DNA of 62,727 bases, the filler included, from Hausera hauseri (Eukaryota): NCBI GenBank assembly GCA_046269625.1. It is 10 parts of 10 records of this genome, joined end to end, with 100 filler letters (N's around TTAATTAATTAA, not from the genome) between each part and the next. Parts side by side here need not be neighbours in the genome. Positions count along the whole stretch, not along the records: positions 26,051 to 31,414 come from JBJURY010270286.1; positions 31,515 to 41,425 come from JBJURY010267730.1; 8 more parts are not named here. One strand, given 5' to 3'. Within the stretch, counting starts at the first letter, position 1. Each line of letters starts with the position of its first letter. The notes beneath the pieces are model-generated. The model was not told the DNA's origin. It made no database searches and saw nothing but the letters and a program-made list of their open reading frames with translations. Shown one piece after another: positions 27,520 to 39,490 of this stretch. A program made the translations under genes and the position numbers.

Positions 27520-28559
27520 TTGGATAATTGCAAAAGTTCGTGCCCGATTTGAAAATGAATCACAAACGCTTATATTTTATAGAAAACAATTTTATTAATC
27601 GATTATATAGTCACCACCATTTTCTGAAATTGCCTCCCAACGTTTTACAAGCTTGCGGATTCATTTTTCGTAAAAGCTGCGTGGTTTTTCGTCAAAGAAA
27701 GTCGATCCGTCCAAAGCTACCACGGAACGAAAGTTCTTGCCATTTAATCTATTCTGCAAAGAGTTTGGTCATTTGCTCACAGTACTTGTTCGCCGTGATT
27801 GTTTCGTCCTGTAGAAGAAGCTCAAAGAAAACTATTCCTTTTCAATCCCACCAAACAGACAGCAATACTTTCATTTGATGTAAACCAGCTTTTGCCACAG
27901 GTTCTGCGAAGGATCCATTTTCATCGCCTGTTACGATTCGATCCTAACAAGATTATTTTTCATGGCGACCAAGTAAGGAAATGACCACAGATGCGGTGCA
28001 GCTTATCCTTTTCTGTCAAAGAATGTGACACCCATGTATCGAGCTTGAAAGTAAATCCAACTTTCATTAAATCGCAAAATGCAGACAAATTGTCAATATT
28101 CAGCCTCTTAGCAATTTCCTCAGTTGTAATTCTTCGATTATTTCCCACTAAGTCTATCACAACATAATCATCAATGTCAGAAGGCCGCCCAAAGCGGGAT
28201 TGATCATCCAGGTTAGAATCACCATTGAGAAATCTGCCAAACCACTTTTTAACTGTTCTGAGAGCGGGAGCATGGTCCAAATAAACGTCCAGAATATTTT
28301 TGTTGCAGTTCCAACACTCACTTCTTTCTGAAACTCATATAATATGACATGGCGAAAATGTAATTTTTAGTTCTCCATTTTAAAAAATTTCTTTCCCACA
28401 AATCGACTTCTATTAACGGCTTCTGACATTAAAATGACTTACTATGTTATAACATATCTATCGATATATAATATTGCAATAAAGAAAACATTATCGCTGC
28501 GATGCGTCACTGTTTTTGCTAACTATCAAAATCGGACACGAACTTTTGCAATAATCTGA
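27520..28559 (-). mobile_element. mariner element, internally deleted, TIRs and TA target duplication
   Basis: TIRs TTGGATAATTGCAAAAGTTCGTGCCCGATTT / AAATCGGACACGAACTTTTGCAATAATCTGA flanked by TA; HFRHVILYEF, KWFGRF, GRPS, WVSHSLT. Confidence 0.92.
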
Positions 28560-28569
28560 TACTTTGACC

Positions 28570-30290
28570 GTAAAACGCGTAACCTGCTTCTGACTTTTTT
28601 CTTACTCCTCTAACAGAGGATTGATGGCGATGCTAAATAAGAGCATTGAGAAGAGACATCCTTGTCTCACTCCCAACCTTCCTACAGCGCCACTGTCATG
28701 TTGGCTGAGTCGAAATGACAGCCCATGCGGGTCAGTAACCCGTGGATTAGTTTTGATGGAATGGTCAAAGGGCGTCTTTGATATCTAGAAAGGCAATGTT
28801 GCATTTTAAGCAATTATTTCTTTTCTCGTGCTCAAGGATTAACGTAAGGACGAAATTGTTCTCGGCACATCCTTCGTGTAGACCCATATTGCCGTTTTCT
28901 GTTGTTACTACTCTTTTCCTGCAGAAACGACAAAAAATATGACAATCAAAATTGAACGACTTTTTGGGGTGCTGCAACCCATCCCCAAAACATGGGGGTT
29001 GTAGCACCCCGAATTTTGGATTGCCAGAACAAATAAGGGATTTACTGATTGGCACAATATTAGGTCCACGATACATCGATTATCCAAAAATGAATAATTT
29101 GCAATAAATTCTATTCGAACAAATCGGGATTACGTATTTACAGCAGGCAATGAGAATACAAAATTGTAATCAAAAGTAACATTGACTCGAATTAGAAAAT
29201 GTACAAAATTGGTCATACTGAATTTTTGAAAATTCTGGTTATTCTGCAGATATAATGTTGGGTAATTTGGTCCTGGATGATTTGGCAATTTTTGGGGAAA
29301 TTTTATCAATTATCCGATTAAAATTTTGTCGCCTAATTTAGTCATTCTGTTTCTCACGGCATTTGCTTACTTTCTACGTTTAAGATGATATTTAGATTTG
29401 TGGTTGTTTATTACTCAGTTAAAAAATTTTGAGTCAATAGTGTCAGTTTTAGCATTTCACTGTCAAAAGTTGAACTATTTAAACAAAATATTATGTCATT
29501 TAAAGTCAGTGAAGAATTTTCTTTGGGATTCATTGTAGGATAATTGTATATTTCGATTTGGCTTGCAAAAAAGTCAAAACAGAAAATTGGTAATTCTACT
29601 GCATTTCGAATATGATGAAACGTTCGATTGACTGCCACAGAAAAAAGAAACTAAGGAGCGGCAATTACGAGCGGAATTCGTGCCAGTCTAGGGACTTTGG
29701 GCGACCACCATTTTACCGAGAAATCGGGTTGTGCCCGGGACCGCCGCACTACACATACTTTTCTGGAACGAGTGTAACAGGTTGTTATTTTGGATCCATT
29801 TTTGAAGTTGTGACGTTAGTAGTCCGGTGATTATCTTTTAGGAGTTGGATAGGAGTACAATTGGTCTCCATGAATTTATGGAATTATACTCACCGTATTT
29901 ATCTTTCTTTGGGATAAGTAGGGTTTTGAACTGTTTCAAACATGATGGAGTAGTGGCGGCTGATATTATTTTGTCGAAGATAGATTCGAGAATTCGGCAC
30001 TCTGGGTCAGCCTATATGATGTCTTTTAATAAGATGGTGTCTTCACCAGCTGCGCAATTCTTGAGTTTTCTCATGTGTTTTCGAATTTCTTCAGTGCGTA
30101 AAATGGGAAATTGCTTCCTTGCTGCAAACAGAATCCGCCCTTCCAGGCCACGGACTCTGGTACTCTACTTTTCAGTGACTAGTAATCAACAATGTCTTCA
30201 CGGGATGGATGATCGAAGACTAGTGAGTCGTCCAGGATTTTTTCCCTGGAAACTTTCTTTTCCTTGAAGTATTGCTTTCTAATATTCCTT
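28570..30290 (-). mobile_element. R2/NeSL-like LINE RT fragments interrupted by other repeats
   Basis: TLLIPKK..SWRPIVLL, GCAENNFVL, AFLDIKDA, GVRQGCLFSMLLF. Confidence 0.7.
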
Positions 30291-30769
30291 TCATCTATTA
30301 GTCAGGCAAGGGTTTTGTGGTCTTGCTGGATGTTTTTCTTTGGAGTCTTCATCACGTATTTGCAGGATGTAAAAGTGTAATTTGAGGAGGATAGCGATTC
30401 TTATCAAATGTTATAGTTTATAAACTTCAAAGTTGAGAAAATAATTAGTGCGATCAAGATTCGAGCCTTTCCGACTCCCGAATTCCGACATGCTAGGCTA
30501 CCAAGGTTTGTGAATTTTTACCACTACCTGAATTTTCCAACGAAATGATTCAAAAATTTTTCAATTATCTATCAAAAGACGCTTTTAACGATGCCGTTTA
30601 TATGTTCATCGAATGGAGCTAGCTAAGACGGTTCGAGTCATGTACAAAACACGATTCTTTTCTTATGAAAAAATTGACGCTGTCGGGATTCGAAAATTTT
30701 TGACTCCAGGCTCAAAATGCAGTCAGCAGTTCTTCCCCCACAGTAGTATACAATTCTTCGATACCTGTA

Positions 30770-31414
30770 TACGACTGTGGATAAAAAGTAATAAAACTGA
30801 TTAAATAAAACACAGATGATATTTTATTCATCCAAATTTATTGTCTCCTTCAAGGTAATCCAACGTTTTTCCAGTCTTTGAAACAGTTATTATACGCAGC
30901 TTCCGGTATAACATGCAAAGCGGCCAGCGAATTCTTTTGGATGGCTTCTATTAACTCAAATCAATGTCCATGAAGTGGTAATTTCAATCGAGGAAGAAAG
31001 AAAAAGTCACACAGAGCCATATCTGGAGAATACGATGCTTGCGGTACGACATTTACTTGATTTTTATTGAAATACTGACAAATAATTAAGGCGGTGTGTG
31101 ATGGGGCGTCATCGTGATGCAGAAACCATGAATTGTCTCTCCATAATTCTGGTCGTTTTTACGAATTGACTCACGTAAACGCCTCAAAAGACCGAAATAC
31201 TATTCTTGGTTAACTGTTTGGCTAGTTGGAAGGAACTCTTTGCGAACAACGCCACGGTAGTCGAAGAAAAGTCAACATGACCTTGATTTTTTGACTTGCT
31301 TCGACGCGGTTTTTCCCGTTTTGGTTCACCTGCAGCACAATATTCACTGGACATTTTGTTGATGTTTTCATCATTAGTTGAGGTTGAGGGCCTTCCTGAA
31401 CGAGGCTCGTCTTC
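30770..31414 (-). mobile_element. Second mariner element, 3-prime part
   Basis: EDEPRSGRPST, LHHDDAPSH, YSPDMALCDFF; end TACGACTG..AAAAAGT. Confidence 0.85.
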
Positions 31415-32149
31415 NNNNNNNNNNNNNNNNNNNNNNNNNNNNNNNNNNNNNNNNNNNNTTAATTAATTAANNNNNNNNNNNNNNNNNNNNNNNNNNNNNN
31501 NNNNNNNNNNNNNNAATCTTTTTAAACAATTAACTGATACAATTGAAAGTGGTGTATTTCAGAAATCAAGAATTATGCCTGAAGCTAAATTACCAACAAC
31601 TGTCCGAAAACATATTGAATTATTCAAGCGTGTGTGATTATTTATGACACCATAATAAATATTGGTGCGAAAGAGATGGAACGAAGAAAAATCTAAAAGA
31701 CTTGCATGTTTAGTGTATTATTAGTAGTAATGTGTTATATAATGAAACTTTTGTGTTGTGTCCTATAAAAACAAGTCAATGATTACAAGATTTATTATAT
31801 TACAAATATCATTGCCCGTATTTAGTAAAGTCATTAATTACATTGTTCAGTTCCTTCTGATTGCTTTGCAATTCTTCCACCATTCCAATTATTTTACCTA
31901 TCATTGGAATGACATTAATTAATCTGTTTCGTATCACTTCCAACAATACCTGTGGTGCAACATACGGAAGATCGTCATTTGTAGCGAACAAGTTTTGCAC
32001 TTCATTCAATGATCCGTGAATTTATTCTTCTTTCAACTGTAACAACACTGAAGCATCAGGCATTCGCATTTTGAAATTGGACAAAGTTTTTAAGTCATTT
32101 TTCTGAGACATTTTACATTCATCTGATTTTAAAGCCTATATCTATACCC

Positions 32150-32384
32150 AATCACCAAAATTTAAACAAAAATTTTCTCGCGAAATTCAAAATTTTTAAA
32201 CCACTCCGAATCCATGCAGTACATGTGCTTGTGTGTATCCACTTTGTGACTGTGTGTCTTCTATCTTCATCATATTAACAGTGTATGTGTATATAATTTT
32301 TTCTACCCCATGACTCATTCGCAAACCACATCTTTTCCTTCTTTCCCTAGGGGGTCTGTGCTCATGCGCTCACATCCTCCTACT
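32150..32384 (+). mobile_element. Polinton-like terminal repeat copy
   Basis: Homologous to 259-500 and 26051-26235; ends CCTACT. Confidence 0.55.
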
Positions 32385-33951
32385 AATGTTATATCTAGAA
32401 TTCGAATTAAGTGTCGATTCTATCTGGATATCACTTGAATTGAACTATACTAATTTCGGATATCGAATTTTCTGCGAATTAATTTTGTCGCTTTAACTTT
32501 TCTTATTGGCAATAAAGTTAGCCATCACATTTGTTATAAGTGCATGCATTTCGGATTATTTTGATTTTGGAAATTAAATGTTGAACTATCAAAATCGTAT
32601 TTACGTTCGTGAGTTTCGTTTATCCGCGAATTGGATGAAGTTTACGGTGCCGAAGCTTTCGGTTATTATGGTCAAGTGTAGGCACCAAAAAACGCTCGTT
32701 ATGGATTTTATATTTAACACACTAACGCAACTAAGGTGAAACATGGAAGTTTTATCACTTGGAAACGACAATGGTGTCAGAATTTACTGATAAATTAACT
32801 TATGGAACCGGTTGCACCTTCATTCCATCATCTTTTGGCAAACCGCGCACACACCCGATACTCGCATGGCTACTTGGATGTGCACATACCCTACTCAACC
32901 GTATTATTCTTTCCGGACCAACTCGACCACCTGACATTCCGATGCAGCGTGGGGTTAGTCAATTGTTCATTTTGCGATGCACGGTACTTTTTATGTTTTC
33001 ATTTTTCTACAAACCATTTGAAGTTTGCTATTAACATTACAACGAACATTGGATTTTTATATGGCTATTTTATTTGCGACAATTTGTTGATAATTATCGG
33101 TGGGAATAACAGGAAACTTTTTGAGACCCATTCAGTGACATCTGCGAAAGACAAGATCGAAGTAAAAATAATGTACATGGCCGCGAAATACGTTGCCGAA
33201 AATGGTGAACATTTAATCATTATTTTACAAAAGGAAATAACATATGATAAAAATGTTCACCCGTATGTCTCAAAAATTGGTGGAAATAAAACGTTACAAA
33301 GCAAACAAAAAGATAGGTGAATATTTGCTTACACACTTCTTCCAGTTCATTTAACAGACATTGTTAAATGCCAGTTTGTCATAGTTTGTAACGACAGTCA
33401 TGATCGACAAATAAATAAATTCTTACCAAAAGGAACTGAACAACGAAAACGAAAACCAATAAATCAAGTTCCACATGAACCACCATTGAAAAAACACGCG
33501 CGACATTATGTGAATGTATTTTAAATATCAGAGTTGGAGTCGCAATCTTTTAAACCAATTATCGAAACTAATCGTGCCATAAATGAACTACATGTTCCCA
33601 TATCAACAGTAACGAGATTCAACTTATGTTATGATCAACATTCCAGATTTGGTTTCCATTCCGCGTGCATCACTGCAAAAGAATGATAGTGTACAATAGG
33701 AACACATCCGAAAGGAAAAATAAAAGTAATGGTGATATAAATATCAAATATATTATAGGCCGACGAAAACGAAACGAAACAATAAAGGAAGTCACAGCTA
33801 TCCCTCCGAAAAGAAGGCCTACCGATAGTAAATTGGATTTAGGTAAAAAAATACGCAAACGAAGAGAAATCCAAACGAAACGGCACGAATTGGTCATAAA
33901 TACGCGTCCGGCAAACCTTGCAATCAAACAATTGAACTATTTGAGAAGCAA

Positions 33952-34710
33952 TTGCTAGTGGTGTTTACGCTACAGGATGACGTTGGGGACACCCCATTAA
34001 ACAACATAATATTAAAAGATAATAATTTTATACAATCAGACAGAATTCTGAAAATAGTGCGCGCACATAAACCGTGGGCCTTGAATTTGGTTAACACAAG
34101 TGAGCATACACCTTTAAATTTAAGCCCAGTTTTTAATATACCAACCGACTTTGTCAAAAAGTCCCTGCACACAGAACGTAATACTAATATTCGCGATGAT
34201 ATAAATAAAAATTCTGTCTCATATGCCACCGAATATGAAAATGCACTCGCTTTGAACGTATTATTGAAATATGTAAAAGAACAAAAACTTCATTCGCTAC
34301 AAAGGGGAAAAATTACTAACCATTCGCTGCTACATATCGCAGTTATCAACATTTCCTGCGAAGGCGTAAAGATGTTACCTAATCCGAAGTTTTCTGATGG
34401 AAGCTATACGGCGAAAGTAAACGAATCAGGTTTAACGGAAGGCGCAACGTTACCGCACTTGGCTATTATTAATACTATCAGTTCGGAAATTATTGAAGCC
34501 GTGTTTAACAGAGAAAAAACGGACATTAATACTCTGTATTTTGACAATATCACTCCTTGTAAAGAAAACAAAATTGCCAACATGCTCACTGAAAAAGGAG
34601 CTGCCGAAACTTTATGCAGCGAAGTTAACAATGATCACAAGTCGCTGATCGTCTGCCATTCCTTGAGTTTATCATGTAGTTTCAGTTATATCAGATGGCC
34701 TCCAACATAG
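33952..34710 (+). pseudogene. Degenerate intronless ankyrin-repeat ORF
   Basis: LQDDVGDTPL, NTSEHTPL, SLLHIAV, GATLPHLAI, DIN..IANMLTEKGA. Confidence 0.7.
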
Positions 34711-34999
34711 ACGACTATTTTTATAGTTGGATTTACCACAAGATAGATGTATCGATTCTGGAGTTTTATGTTAACAATTCGAGAAGCATGGACAATGCCG
34801 TGCTAATAACCAAGCTTTAGAAAATACGCCAACCATTAAAAACAAACATAATCGCATTTTACCGGCATTTTGGTTTTGAAATCTCAAACGTTGAGACATC
34901 ATATCGTTCACACTGATGAGAAAAAGGTAGCCAGTATTTTAGAAGTTTTCTTAAAATTATCAGAATCTAATATTCTTGACTCGAAATTAGGTGACGAGA

Positions 35000-35700
35000 A
35001 ATAGGACGGCCAGGGAAATGTCCTTGGTATCGCGACCTGCGAGGTCGCCTGCGCGACCGATTCAAAAACAATACTAATAAATTCAGACGACCTGACATCG
35101 TCTGTTTATACCATAATAAATTTAACACCAAAGCACACAACTGCATTACCGGTTGCACCTTCATCAGCCGTTCCAATTCTTCACAGCTTACTCCTTCCAA
35201 CAATTTAAATCCTGTACCTTCAAAAAACGGATAAAGCCGCCAGATGTTTCGGCGTATGCTGACACAGGCAAATATCCTCACCGCAACAGCCGTTCTTATG
35301 CCATATTTACTCTAAACGCTTTAATAACAACTGCACCTATTCAATCAATTAATTTTTAATAGACTCTGGAGCAGCAGTGTCCCTTCTATCTCCGTCTATC
35401 AAAACTAAAACCCTTTCCTCGTCAACCAAAAAATTATATACAGCTAATGGCCAAACATTACGCGTGTGCGGCACGTCAAAAATCTCGTTCACGTTACAAT
35501 CTTTCCTTGACGTTTTCACCTGGACCTTCACCATAGCCGACACACAGTCATCAATACTTGGTTCCGATTTTTTATCTTTCTACAACCTACTCGTAGACTG
35601 TAGACACAGTAGATTAGTTAGAAACAATCAAGTATGTGCAACGTATACAGATAACCCCTCATCGGTTGCACAGCCTGCCTCGTTTGTCATGTCTATACTA
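35000..35700 (+). mobile_element. CsRn1-like gypsy gag end plus protease fragment
   Basis: CLYHNKFNTKAHNCITGC; AAAAAAC slippery site; LIDSGAAVSLL; ILGSDFL. Confidence 0.88.
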
Positions 35701-36859
35701 AAAATATCATTATTTTGTTTTTCTATTCGATAAGTTGTAACCAAAATCAATCCTCTTTGCAAATCTGCGTGTTTACGTATCAGAGGCATCATGATTGATC
35801 TAGAGGCAATTTTCAATCTAGATAAGTTCGACTCGGTACAAGACCACTCCTTTCAAAATATCGTAAGCAAAATAAGTAAAATCGTAGAAGCAAAAAAATT
35901 AAAAAGCATAAACCCCAAAAGTCAAATTCAAAATCGTGTATTTATTCTTTTCTTTTTTTTCTTATTTTAAACAAAAAAATCTTTACAAGTACATATGCAC
36001 ATGTATGATTCATTATATAGTGCAAATCTCACACGAGGCACTAGCACACATAGAGACTCGTAGTAAAACACAATTTCAATTGATATCACTTTGCTAACAA
36101 AAGAAAAGTATGAGAAATTCAATTATACCACAGTCGTATCCCGATATGGCAAATGTACATATTAGTAACAGTTAGTAAAATAAAGTACGTCTAATCACTA
36201 AGAAACATTTCAGTGTATAAATTTGGAAATTTCAATTGAGGTTTCGAATTTCGTGACTTCAAGATGGCCTATTGATGCTCGTATGTCCTGTCTGTTAGAA
36301 TTGGAAAAATGTCAAAAATACTGTCAATTTCATTTTGCCTGCTGCTGATTTCAGTCATATAGAGGTTCAATAAATTAATAGCATAATGACGCATCTCGCT
36401 GACTTTAGTCGAGTTTTGAAAAGATGTTGAATCTCCTTTAAAGAGTTCAATGTAGCAAATAAGAGAAAACAATGTTTCTTCAGGTTTCTTCGGTTTTATT
36501 AATCGGCCAGACGTTTTCACATGATAAGCGACGTTATTGAGTATGAAATACCTTGTTGTAAATGAACGTTGTACAGAAGGTACTTTGATGAAACGTTTGA
36601 TAAGTAGAAGTCTGAACTTGGTAATGACGCTGTACTTTGCAGATATCGAGATTGGCTGCTGGGTAGGCTGAAATCGATGTTCATTGATGATCAGTTATTG
36701 GGCAAATAGGCAGACAAAATCGACTGACCTGAATTGACATTGGTCATCGAATGAGTATGGGGAGAATCGTTGAAATGACTTAAACTCAGTGTTGCTTGTA
36801 TGCGACTAATTTCTTTGGCACACCAATGTGTGTGTTGACAACCCTTAAAATTGTTTCTC

Positions 36860-36930
36860 CGACAGTGAAAAACGGGCCCGTCTATGGGTCCGGCGTGGCA
36901 GCAACGGACGCCCGGCCGTGCCCGACCAAG
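36860..36930 (-). mobile_element. Truncated gypsy LTR 5-prime GC-rich segment
   Basis: Closely similar to 39390-39460 and 41805-41875. Confidence 0.75.
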
Positions 36931-37852
36931 TGATAAGAGCAAAGATTCTGAAGCTAAGCTGAATGTCTATGATGAATGTGTCAAGCGTGGCAAATGTGAT
37001 GTTTTCAATGAATTATTTGACATTGAGAAAGTGAATGGCCAGTGATTATCCTCAGAAAGTAAACCTCTAGACCATCAACAAGTGAAAAGTAAAGGACAAT
37101 TGGCAAGTAAAGAAACCATTTATTCTTCCGAAAGAAAAAAAGTCCAGTCTGGAACAGCATTACCCTCAACATCACAAGACCTGTCTCTCCAACAGACACT
37201 GGTACTGAATTTGAAAACAGCAAATATAAGAGTAAAGATGATGAAGACGACGAAGGTGATAAAGACAATGATGAGGACACTAGGGAAAAAACTAGAAAGC
37301 ACTACAAAACTAAATTTGCTATAAATTTGGCTACATCCATCACAACAAGGTATTGATATTCCAACTCCAAGTCAATCAGCAATTTACAAGTCCGCATTTA
37401 AAGAACCAGCTAAATTAAAGAAAGAAATGATATTACAACTACAAATGGAACAGTGGTCCTTACACTTTGACGGAAAACAAAGAGATGATAACAAATACCA
37501 GATAGTTATACTTCAGAATGAAAGAACGGACGTGAAACTTGATGCACTGCGTTTGAAAGACGGCAAAGCTGAAACTGTTGTTGAAGGAATTAATTGAAGG
37601 AAAGGGTGACACAAAACCACAATTTATCGGTTGTTAGCATCATGTACTGGACAGGATTCTCCGTTTGGTGATGGACGAAGAACTTGGAGGTGATACCAAA
37701 TCTCCAAACATTAAATACCCATCTGTTTCTGAACTGTTGAATACAAATGATGAAATGACAGATAAGTTTGTGAGCGGAACTGTAGAAATTCTTGATAAAT
37801 TAAGGTGGAGAGACGATATGAAGTTTTTGTACCATTTAAAAAGAGTGTTCAG

Positions 37853-38560
37853 AATTAGTTAAAGAATCCATTGGACTGGTGGAATATTGAGTACCAGGGG
37901 GACCATCCTGGCACCGTGACGCATGCTGAATTTTTGCTTTGTAAACAAGCAACGGTGGCGTAACGAGAAATGTATCGGCATTACCGCAAGTCAATACGGA
38001 ATAATTCCCATCGCCAATATGCATGATGACACCGTCAGACCAACATCGAAGACGACCAACCGAATTATTTCCTGATTTATTTAGAATAATTTCCTGTGTA
38101 TCAAATTTGATTGGCACCATCACATAATGAGTACTGTTCATAGAAATTCGTTACCAATTGGAAAAATTCATCGAATGCATCACTAGTTTCTCCTGCATAT
38201 CGCGCGTTATTGATTGTATCGTCACTCTGTTCATGCAATTTATGTTCCCAACGCTTTTCGAAACGTCGGACAAAATTCCCAGCTGGATAGACAGTTTTAA
38301 TTAATGGCAAATCCAATGACCATTCGCAGTCCCATGCATAACGCAAAAATTCCGCAATACGCTCTTCTTCTATTTCAGGCAAAACATTTTCAGATTTTCT
38401 CTCCACGGATTTCCTAAGATAATGTTCTGATAAAGTTGCCCACGGAATGCCGTGTAGTTTTGCAGCAGCTGAAACCGACATACCTTCATCGATTGACATA
38501 ACGGCTTTCAGAAGATCATCATGAATATAAGATAGACTGTTTCTTTTTGATGAATTTAAT
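37853..38560 (-). pseudogene. pogo/CENP-B-like HTH-psq plus DDE_1 protein fragment
   Basis: GMSVSAAAKLHGIPWATL; SVLTCGNA..PPLLVYKAK..GPPGTQY; truncated at the insertion boundary. Confidence 0.8.
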
Positions 38561-39490
38561 ATTCCAATTTTTTCTTTAAATGAGCAAAACCATTAAGATT
38601 AATAGAAAGATCAAAAAAATATGGCGCATCATATTATTTAACATTAATTCAAGCGTGTTCAAAAAAACTTTATTTCATTTTTTAAAACAACCAATCAAAA
38701 AAAATTTTTTACATATTTAACACGGCACAAATCCATCATGTCCCAAAAGTTATCTATTAAACGGTAACAAAAATGCGAATAAATATGGAATCAGATAACA
38801 AGATCAAAAGATATCGTCAGTTGGCTTGATCATGGAGAAATGTATTCTTCACTAATTCGGTGATAGTTTTTATCTCCAGAATTTTTGACTTCAAAAGTTC
38901 ATTATTTGTAATGTTAAGAGGCACCTGTGAACGATCCCCGATATTCATTGAACACAAATCCTGTGGACTTTCTGATGTAACCAATTCGCACGGCATAGCA
39001 CCATAAGTGTTAAAAACCATTTTACAAATAGCACGAACAGAATCCAAACTGATATTCGCACAAATATCATCGTTGAGGAAGTTTAAAAGTCTTGCTTGGA
39101 AACTCTTTCCTCAGATTTCTGTTGGACAAATTTGACAATTTCAACACAGTATTTGAGATCAGTTGCAAATGGAGTGACGGCTTCTCCTGGTTTAATATTC
39201 GCACCATTAACATGACCGAAACAAATGATATCTTCATTTTTCAAAATTGTACCATTTAAACTATGATCATATAACATATAATTTGCTTTGCTAAGCCTTT
39301 CAATTGTAGCATGATTTCTTGATGTCATTCGATTACTGACTGCGCTTTTCAAAGCATAATCTGGCGGCATTTTAGAATTCTTTCGGGGCGGAAGATCGGG
39401 GCCCGCCTATGGGCCCGACGCGGCGGCAACGGACGCCCGGCCGTATCCAACCAAATGGGCCAAAAGGCACCGGCCGATGTGGGCACCACA
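37853..39490 (-). mobile_element. LTR-headed cargo insertion flanked by TTCAG direct repeats
   Basis: Starts TGTGGTG on minus like the gypsy LTR; TTCAG at 37848-37852 and 39491-39495. Confidence 0.75.

Noticed and set aside
30440-30740. tRNA genes
   Set aside because: Only B-box-like GGATTCGA remnants, no cloverleaf; at most SINE debris
31515-31640. SOCS-box-like C-terminus (LPTTVRKHIELF)
   Set aside because: Too short and truncated to support
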